DNA from: Candidatus Latescibacterota bacterium
Lineage (GTDB): Bacteria > Latescibacterota > UBA2968 > GCA-2709665
DNA length: 64,000 bases
NCBI GenBank assembly: GCA_963662665.2
Contig: CAXXJS010000005.1
Span: 37,832-101,831, forward strand
Direction of reading: 5' to 3'
Below, piece after piece: positions 30,607 to 38,346 of the stretch. Each line of letters starts with the position of its first letter. Position 1 is the first letter of the stretch. A model generated the notes under the pieces. The model worked only from the letters and a program-made list of their open reading frames with translations. It searched no databases and was not told the DNA's origin. A program made the translations under genes and the position numbers.

Positions 30607-32871
30607 TCACGGGGTTTCTTTGCCAAATGCGCCGGCAAAGATCAGGAAATCGCTGAATCCGATCGCGCCGTTGCCGTCCAGGTCGAACCGGGCGTCGTAT
30701 CCCTCATCGCCATGACTCAGCCCGAAATTCCCCGCAAACTGCAGAAAGTCGGAAAAACCCACCGTCCCGTCGCCGTCGAAGTCGGGTGTACCCAAAGCTG
30801 CGGCGACGAATGTTTCAATCTGATCAGTACCCGAAAGTGTCGCGGTAACGGTAACCGTACCCGGTCCACCTTCAAGCGTCAAGGTGCTGGACGCCCGTCC
30901 GGACGAGTCGGTAATCACGGTTTCATCCGAGAGCTTTCCATTACCATCCGTGACAGAAAACGAAACGACTGCCCCGACGTACGCCGATCCGCTCCGGAAC
31001 GAGACCGCAACCACAAACGGCTCGTCCAATTTCGAACCGACCGAGCCCTTTTGGTCATCGCCGGCTATTTTCACCAGTTCAGGAGGTGGTACATCTCCGA
31101 TCTTTACGTCCATTGCCACGTTAGGATTTTGACGCAATAGTTCACCAAGCGGAGACATATCAGCCATCGGATTCCCCGCGATCCATAACTGGTTCAGGTA
31201 CCTCAAGCCAACGAGAGGCCTCAGGTCGTTAATCTGATTCCTTGCAAGAGATAGGTCCTCCAATAGCGACAATTCCACAAGGGGTGTGATATCGCTAATC
31301 TGATTGCGTTGCAGGAATAGGCCCCTTAACCTGTTCAGTTCTGCCAGCGGCGTGATATCACGAATTTTATTGCCCCCAAGGAGCAAGTACGTTGTTTTCT
31401 TCAATCCTTCAAGTGGCGTCACATCGATGATTTCGTTGTCCGAGAGCCATAATTCACTCATTTTTGTCAGTCCCGCCAGCGGCGTGATATCCGTAATCCT
31501 GTTTCTGATGATTAAGAGCGATTTCAATCTTGTCAATTCGGTAAGCGGCGTGATATCAGCAATCTGGTTAATGCTTAGATCAACATATTTCAGGTTCGCT
31601 GCATGTTCAAGCCCGGCGAGGCTTGTTATCCGGTGATTGCGCGCAAACAATGACGTTAAGTCCAACATCTCCTGTTTAGTGATGGCATCATTGGCGGCGA
31701 GGTCGAGCATTTTACGAATCGCAACCCTCAACTCCGCATCGGGTATTGGTATTGCTTCAAGGACAGGCCGCAAGGCGGCGATATCCACATTGAACCTGGC
31801 CTGGGCGAAGTTTCCATGCGCATCTATCACATCAAGCCCGACGTATTTGCTTCTCGCTGCCAATTCGGACGTGATGAATTCAACCGCCACTTCGTTGCTG
31901 GCCCCATTTAACGATTTACAGTCAAGCACCTTGTCGCCTTCTTGTTCTTTCTTTCCATCAATCGTATCCGTAACCAATCGTGCTTGATGAAGTCCATCGG
32001 GATCGGTTACCGTGAAACGAAGACGGATGGAATCGGGAGGAGATGCGAGGGACGGTTGCTGCATCTGAATTTTCGCCCGCTCTTCGTCAGCTGACTGGCG
32101 GGTGTTGAAAAAACGATGTACATCCAGCCATTCGGCGGCACACCGAGACAACCGATCTTGAAGGACCTGGTCGCCGTAAGACATGATGTAACGATCGTCG
32201 CGGAAGTCGTGTGGCAATCCCAAGGCATGTCCGAGCTCATGGGCCATTATTGTCCACGTACGAATATAGAGGACTCTGGGGGCTGAGTCGAAATTTGTGG
32301 CCGTAATTCTCGCCTCGCCACCAAACGAGGTACCGAAGGCATTACCACCGATCTGACTGGGTCCCTCAGGGTCATCCAAATCTATCCAGATGAAATAAAC
32401 CAATCCAACCCCACGGTTAAACTGTTCGTTGATCTCCCCGCTCGCTTCGGAAATCCCGTTCCCGGTAAGATAGAAAGAGTTATTGTGCTTCCCCTCAACG
32501 TGATGGACTACGGTATTTTCATTCTCATTGGTTTCAAGACTGAATGTCTTTCTGCTGAATCCGTGCCGTTCCATCTCATCGGCATAGAACCCCTGGACAT
32601 GTTTCAGCAGCGCATCCAATTGCACGACAACGTCTCTTCGAGGCGTGCGATCCTTTGGAAAAAAATAAAATACCCGCACAACATAGTCTGGAGATTCCCC
32701 CTTTGCACGCTTGCCGGCAGGCCGATCCAGGTCGGATTCAGGTATCTCCAAACCATTCGACGGATGGAGGTGTACGCGGTCGGCGGGCGGAGGCGAAGCA
32801 TGGCCGTCCAATGGCATGGCGAACAAGACACCTAGAAACACCAGAAAGGCGCCACACGAAGCCAGTTTCAT
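30607..32871 (-). CDS. Secreted metzincin-like peptidase + internalin-type LRR + Big_1 Ig + EF-hand/dockerin
   Basis: HELGHALGLPHD..IMSYG; ~7-8 repeats of N.I.DITPL..L; KIAGDDQKG Ig domain; DFDGDGTVGFSDF tail. Confidence 0.88.
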   Translation of the reverse strand: MKLASCGAFLVFLGVLFAMPLDGHASPPPADRVHLHPSNGLEIPESDLDRPAGKRAKGESPDYVVRVFYFFPKDRTPRRDVVVQLDALLKHVQGFYADEMERHGFSRKTFSLETNENENTVVHHVEGKHNNSFYLTGNGISEASGEINEQFNRGVGLVYFIWIDLDDPEGPSQIGGNAFGTSFGGEARITATNFDSAPRVLYIRTWTIMAHELGHALGLPHDFRDDRYIMSYGDQVLQDRLSRCAAEWLDVHRFFNTRQSADEERAKIQMQQPSLASPPDSIRLRFTVTDPDGLHQARLVTDTIDGKKEQEGDKVLDCKSLNGASNEVAVEFITSELAARSKYVGLDVIDAHGNFAQARFNVDIAALRPVLEAIPIPDAELRVAIRKMLDLAANDAITKQEMLDLTSLFARNHRITSLAGLEHAANLKYVDLSINQIADITPLTELTRLKSLLIIRNRITDITPLAGLTKMSELWLSDNEIIDVTPLEGLKKTTYLLLGGNKIRDITPLAELNRLRGLFLQRNQISDITPLVELSLLEDLSLARNQINDLRPLVGLRYLNQLWIAGNPMADMSPLGELLRQNPNVAMDVKIGDVPPPELVKIAGDDQKGSVGSKLDEPFVVAVSFRSGSAYVGAVVSFSVTDGNGKLSDETVITDSSGRASSTLTLEGGPGTVTVTATLSGTDQIETFVAAALGTPDFDGDGTVGFSDFLQFAGNFGLSHGDEGYDARFDLDGNGAIGFSDFLIFAGAFGKETP

Positions 32872-33015
32872 CGTCTAAGTCCTCCGTCAGTTAGCGTTGC
32901 GGGTGCCGTGACCGCCCGTAGGTACGGAATTGCGGAAACTCAGCGAGATGCAGGTTGCACCCGTGCAATCAATGCGTCTCAAATGACACCCGGGGACTTC
33001 AAATCCGGCAGTTGG

Positions 33016-33952
33016 TCAGTGTGATGAAGGGTTGCTCCCGAACGCGCCGGCAAAGATCAGGAAATCGCTGAACCCGATCGCGCCGTTGCCGTCCAGGTCG
33101 AACCGGGCGTCAAAAACCCTGGTCGGTATTGCTCAAGCCGAAGTTCGCGGCGAACTGAAGGAAGTCGCCGAAACCGACGGTCCCGTCACCGTTGAAGTCA
33201 GCGTTGGCTATCACTGTCGCAGTAAACGTCACCGGCTTGAGATTGCCGACAGTCGCAACGACGGTCTTGGGCCCCAGCCGAGGACCCAAAGTCAGAGTGG
33301 CGGTAGCACGGCCGTTGGCATCGGTGATGGTGTGCTCCACGTTGAACTGGCCGCTGAGCTGGCCTTCGCCGGTAGTGATCGTGAAGGTGACATGCGCATC
33401 GGGCAAGGGATCGCCGTACTGGTCCCGCACTTCCACGACCAGGGGCTGGGGCAGAACCGTCCCGGGCGCGCCTTGCTGGCCGTCGCCGGAGATAATCTCC
33501 AGCGCCAAGGGACGGGGCTCCTCGGACAAGTCCCAAAGGGTGATGGTGCCGTCAAGCCAGGAACCTGCGGCAAGCGTGGTACCGTTGGTCGAGATCGACA
33601 GCGAACTGACATCAGAAGATGCACCTGGTAAAGTGACGATCTCTTCCCGGCTCGCCACATTCCACAGCCGGACCGTGCGCGGTTCACCCACGTTCAGATT
33701 TGCCGGTCGCTTTGCCGCAGGGAGGGGGTGCTCCCGCCGCCATTGCTCGTTATCGAAAACTACACGGGAATGGACGCTGGCGGCCGGCGGAGACGACGCG
33801 GGGGGAGACGTTCCAACGCCCGCGGCATTTGACGATTTCGGCGTACTTACTCTACGATATTGGCCTTCTGATGTGGTCTGGGCGGAGGCGTGACCGGCAA
33901 ATATCGGCGACGCGAAAGCCAGGAGAGACAGCCGAGCCCGCCTTAGTGACAT
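33016..33952 (-). pseudogene. Internally deleted modular gene: signal/pro-region, one WD40, Big_1, dockerin (frameshifted)
   Basis: ATG 33952 with GGAG; PAAKRPANLNVGEPRTVR fused to LWNVASR; an extra base in the A5 run at 33112-33116 splits the dockerin. Confidence 0.8.
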
Positions 33953-34095
33953 GCAAAACTCTCCAGGGCTGCTTGATGGTCGTACGATTAGCCTCAATTT
34001 GGAAGAATCAGATGACCCCGTGCCGCAGCACACGATTGACAGCCTTCGAAGCCCGCGGAAATTGGGGAATGTACAGCGATCTCCGGAAAAAGGCA

Positions 34096-34849
34096 CTACG
34101 AACCGAACGCATCCACAAACTTGAAAAAGTCCGCGAAATCCACCGTGCCGCTCCCATCCAGGTCGAACTTCGCGTCTGTCCCGCCGTACGCGTCGGCGAA
34201 GAGGAAGAAATCGGCGAAATCGGTCCTGCCGTCGCCGTTGAAATCGGTTGCGGCCTGCACAGGAGGTGGTGAAGATGCCCCCGTCCACTCCGACGCGTCC
34301 CACAGTTCAATCCCGTTGAGCCCGACGGAAGCGAGCAAGGAGCCGTCTGGAGAGAACACCCCATTGATTCCGAAGCCGCAGCCGTCTTCCAGGTGGTCCG
34401 GATGCCCCAGCGTGGCGAGATTCTCCCTGGTCGCCGCGGCCCACAGCAGGACCTCCCCAGTCCCGCCCCGGTAGCGAGGCCCGCCACGTACTGTACAACG
34501 GAGGCGGAGAGACCTGCAACGCCTTCAGAGGGCATGATGCCGCGGAAGAAGGTCCCGGATCCTGGGAATCCTGGCCTTGATCGTGTCTACCACGTCCGGG
34601 TTGAACGTCCTGTCGTTCGGCAGGAAGTAGATCAGGCGCAACGTGCGCGTCTCGCCTGAGTCCGCCACTGCCGGCCGCTTGGCGGCAGGACCGGCGGCAA
34701 ATTTGTGCCCTGACTGTTCATGGTCCGGCGCCTGGCAGGAATGCTCCGGTTCGAATTCCAAGGTAAAGGCAAAGGCGCCAGAAGACAATAATGGGACGGC
34801 GAGAAAGGTGAGAATAACGGATCGAAGAACAGAGATTCCGGGGGGACAT
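34096..34849 (-). pseudogene. Degraded modular gene: signal/pro-region, WD40 fragment, short-type dockerin
   Basis: ATG 34849 then a frameshift in G6 (34840-34845); GPAAKRPA..ETRTLRLIYFLPND; further shifts; tail DFNGDGRTDFADFF...DLDGSGTVDFADFF. Confidence 0.75.
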
Positions 34850-35009
34850 ACGTGCCTCAACGTAAGCCGGCTTTCGCTCGCGATTGTTGTGTGCCCGGGA
34901 CTGGCCGGCGGGAACCAGGTGGACAATCGGCGGGTCTCTCAAAGCGCGGCACATCCCTACCCGATTGACGCGGCAGCATTCACCGATGGACGCTGCGCCC
35001 CGGCGCGCA

Positions 35010-35076
35010 CCCTGAGCTTGTCGAAGGGTCGGCAAGGGATTTGCGTCCTGCGGGCATTTCGACAAGCTCAATGACC
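35010..35076. repeat. Inverted REP pair
   Basis: CCCTGAGCTTGTCGAAGGG ... TTCGACAAGCTCAATG. Confidence 0.6.
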
Positions 35077-35193
35077 ACGCTTCGGCAGGATGTTCGATTT
35101 CGCTAAGTATGGCCGGCCGGACAGTCATCAGGTACCATTAATCCCTTAAACGGTTCGTGGCGCCGCGGCTGCCGATCGCATGAACGGCCCCGG

Positions 35194-38091
35194 CTATCCC
35201 GACGTACCGAAGGCATCCACAAACTCAAAGAAATCCGCGAAGTTCACGATGCCGTTGTCGTCCAGGTCATATTGGGCGTCAGTGGTGCCGAAGGCGTCCA
35301 CGAAATCGAAGAAATCGGCGAAATTTACGATGCCGTCGCCGTTGAAATCGGCCGTCTTCTGTCCCTGCGGCGCTGGAGGTGTGGCAGTCGCCGGGACCGC
35401 CAGAACCAGCCAGAATGGCCTGTCCAGTCCGTCGGCGCTGGTAACCAGGTCTTCAACGTTCGAGCCGTCCAGGCCCGCGCGCTGGATCTTGTCGGCGGTC
35501 CAGTCCGTCCAGTACATCTTGCCGTTCCCCACGTCCAGCGCCAGCGCGACCGGCTCGTTTATACCGCTGGTGACCAGGTCTTCCACGTTCGAGCCGCTCA
35601 GGTCCGCGCGTTGAATCCTGGACGTCTCCCGATCCGTCCAATACATCTTGCCGTTCCCCACGTCCAGCGCCAGCCCGCTTGGGCGGCCCAGACCGCTGGC
35701 GACCAGGTCTTCAACGTTCGAACCGTCCAGATCCGCACGCTGGATCTTATCATTTTCTCCGTCGGTCCAGTACATCTTGCCGTTCTCGACGTCCAGCGTC
35801 AGCCCACCCGGACTGACCAGACCGCTGGTGACCAGATCTTCGACGTTCGAGCCGTCCAGATCCGCGCGTTGAATCTTGTCGGCGCCCCAGTCCGTCCAGT
35901 ACATCTTGCCGTTATCTAAGTCCAACGCCAGTGCGACCGGCCTGTCCAATCCACTGGCGACCAGGTCTTCCACGTTCGAGCCGTCCAGGTTCGCGCGCCG
36001 GATCCTGTCGGCGACCCAGTCCGTCCAGTACAGCTTGCCGTTCCCCAAGTCCAGCGCCAGCCCCCACGAGGCGCTCTGTCCGCTGGGGCCGGTGACCAAC
36101 ACGTCTCTTACGTTTGAACCATCCAGGTTGGCGCTTTGAATTTTGTAATTGACGTGATTCCAATACAGTTGCGGCGCCGACGTTACCGCAGTGACTGTAA
36201 CCGTCACTGCGGGGGAGCAGTTGTTTCGGATATCGGATTCTTCGCTGACGCTCTGCACGCAGGCTCCATAATAGTAGACGCCGGAGTTCGACGGGGCGGT
36301 CAGGGCGATAGCCTCGTCGCTGCTTCCGGCGGGCGCAAGTGCGCTCACAGCGCGGGATCCGATTTCTTCGTCGCTGGTCGAAATCGTCGCGTCCAGCGAC
36401 CGAAGATAGTGCAGCGTTGTCGCGGACGATCGGGCACTTCCACGGTTAACAACGGTGACGCTCAACATAATGGATGCCCCGGCGTCAGGGTTGCCGTCGC
36501 TGACCGATGCAGCCTGAACCACAAGATCCGGGGCAGTGGTGTCACCCGGTCCGCCCGTGCCGGGCCGGCTGACCGTCGTGATGTAGGCGTAGATCTTATC
36601 GTCAGAATCGTCCGCCGCCCACATCGTCGTACCGTCAGACCAGATGCCCTCTGGAGACGTGTTGCCGGCGGACTCAAGAGTGTTGAAATCGTTATCGGGA
36701 TCCCGGACCTTCGAAGCCATGTTGTATGCATAGATCTTCTCGTCGCTTGAGTCCACCACCCACATGGTCGTCCCGTCAGACCAGATGCCCTCCGGAAACG
36801 TATTGCCGGCGGACTCAAGAGTGTTGAAATCTCTTTCGGCGGCCCTCCCTTTGGATGCCAACTCATAGGCGTAGATCTTATCGTCGGCTGAGTCCACCAC
36901 CCACATGGTCGTCCCGTCAGACCAAATGCCCTGAGGAGACCTGTTGCCGGCGGATTCCAATGTCTCGAAGTCTTTGCGTGGTTGCCAGGCCCCGGTGGCC
37001 ACGTCGTATGCATAGATCTTCTCGTTCCAGTAGTCTGCAACCCACATGGTCGTCCCGTCCGACCAGATGCCATCGGGAGATCTGTTTCCGGCGGCCTCAA
37101 GGGTGTTGAAATCCTTACCGGCATCCCGGGCTTTCGAAACCAGATCGTAGGCGTAAATCTTGTCGTCGCGTGAGTTGGCAACCCACATTGTCGTCCCGTC
37201 CGACCAGATTCCCGTCGGAGACGTGTTGCCGGCGGATTCAAGTGTATTGAAATCTCCGCCGGGCGTGCGCGCCGTTCGTGCGTCCGGCATGGCAGACGGC
37301 ATGTTGTAAGCGTAAACCTTCTCGTCCCAGTAGTCCACCACCCACATGGTCGTCCCATCCGACCAGATGCCCTTCGGGTTGCCGTTTCCCGCGGCAACCA
37401 ATGAATCGAAGTCGTTGCCGGGATCCCGCACCCCGGTGGCTACGGCATAAGCATAGATCTTGTCGTCACGATAGTCCGCCACCCACATCGTCGTACCGTC
37501 CGACCAGATGCCCTCCGGACTCTCGTTCCCGGCGGCATCCAAAGCATTGAGATCCTTGCCGGAATCCGGCGCTCCAGTGGTCATGTTGAACGCATAGATC
37601 TTGTCGTCGCTACCGTCCGCGACCCACATGGTCGTCCCGTCCGACCAGATCCCCGCCGGAGACGTGTTGCCAACGTCATCCAGCGCATCGAAGTCATTGC
37701 CGGGATCCCGGGCGCCGGTGGCCATCGCGTAAGCATAGATCTTTTCGTCGCTATCGTCCGCGACCCACATGGTCGTCCCGTCCGACCAGATCCCCGTCGG
37801 AGACGTGTTGCCAGCGTTATCCAGGGTGTTCAGATCCTTGCCCGTGTCCCGGGTTTTTGAAGCCACGTTGTAGGCGTAGATCTTATCGTCGCCCGAGTCG
37901 GCAACCCATATGGTCGTCCCGTCAGACCAAATGCCCTGAGGAGACCCATTACCGGCGGAATCGAGGGTGTTGAAATCTCTGCTGGGAGCGTGGATCGGGG
38001 TGTAGACCTGGCCGTAGCCGGCGCCCTGCGCACCGAGTGTGAACACAACGGAAATCAACACGAGGCACTGCCAGTTCGTTTTCGTTTTCAT
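35194..38091 (-). CDS. Secreted protein: 10 GIWSDGTTMWV repeats + CARDB-like Ig + YWTD propeller + short-type dockerin
   Basis: ATG 38091 after GAGG; repeats counted in the translation; six YW(T/N)-type repeats; tail DFNGDGIVNFADFF. Confidence 0.9.
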   Translation of the reverse strand: MKTKTNWQCLVLISVVFTLGAQGAGYGQVYTPIHAPSRDFNTLDSAGNGSPQGIWSDGTTIWVADSGDDKIYAYNVASKTRDTGKDLNTLDNAGNTSPTGIWSDGTTMWVADDSDEKIYAYAMATGARDPGNDFDALDDVGNTSPAGIWSDGTTMWVADGSDDKIYAFNMTTGAPDSGKDLNALDAAGNESPEGIWSDGTTMWVADYRDDKIYAYAVATGVRDPGNDFDSLVAAGNGNPKGIWSDGTTMWVVDYWDEKVYAYNMPSAMPDARTARTPGGDFNTLESAGNTSPTGIWSDGTTMWVANSRDDKIYAYDLVSKARDAGKDFNTLEAAGNRSPDGIWSDGTTMWVADYWNEKIYAYDVATGAWQPRKDFETLESAGNRSPQGIWSDGTTMWVVDSADDKIYAYELASKGRAAERDFNTLESAGNTFPEGIWSDGTTMWVVDSSDEKIYAYNMASKVRDPDNDFNTLESAGNTSPEGIWSDGTTMWAADDSDDKIYAYITTVSRPGTGGPGDTTAPDLVVQAASVSDGNPDAGASIMLSVTVVNRGSARSSATTLHYLRSLDATISTSDEEIGSRAVSALAPAGSSDEAIALTAPSNSGVYYYGACVQSVSEESDIRNNCSPAVTVTVTAVTSAPQLYWNHVNYKIQSANLDGSNVRDVLVTGPSGQSASWGLALDLGNGKLYWTDWVADRIRRANLDGSNVEDLVASGLDRPVALALDLDNGKMYWTDWGADKIQRADLDGSNVEDLVTSGLVSPGGLTLDVENGKMYWTDGENDKIQRADLDGSNVEDLVASGLGRPSGLALDVGNGKMYWTDRETSRIQRADLSGSNVEDLVTSGINEPVALALDVGNGKMYWTDWTADKIQRAGLDGSNVEDLVTSADGLDRPFWLVLAVPATATPPAPQGQKTADFNGDGIVNFADFFDFVDAFGTTDAQYDLDDNGIVNFADFFEFVDAFGTSG

Positions 38092-38160
38092 GATGTGCGT
38101 CCTCATCGTGTACCAGATCTCGATGCCGGTTCTTAGCCCGGTGGCGGTCACCAGACCGTT

Positions 38161-38232
38161 CTATCCCGACGCGGCGAAGGCGTCCACAAATTCGAGGAAC
38201 CCGGCAAAGTTCACGATGCCGTCGCCGTCGGG
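38161..38232 (-). pseudogene. Orphan half-dockerin tail
   Basis: Translates PDGDGIVNFAGFLEFVDAFAASG*, matching the end of the 35194 gene (DDNGIVNFADFFEFVDAFGTSG*). Confidence 0.7.
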
Positions 38233-38346
38233 CTGTGTTCCTGGCCGCAGCCCGCTCCCGGGATTCCGAATGCGGTCAAGGCGACAACCGGCAACACCAT
38301 GGCGAATCGACGATTCGTAAATGGCCGTTTCATAAGTCAGCTACCC

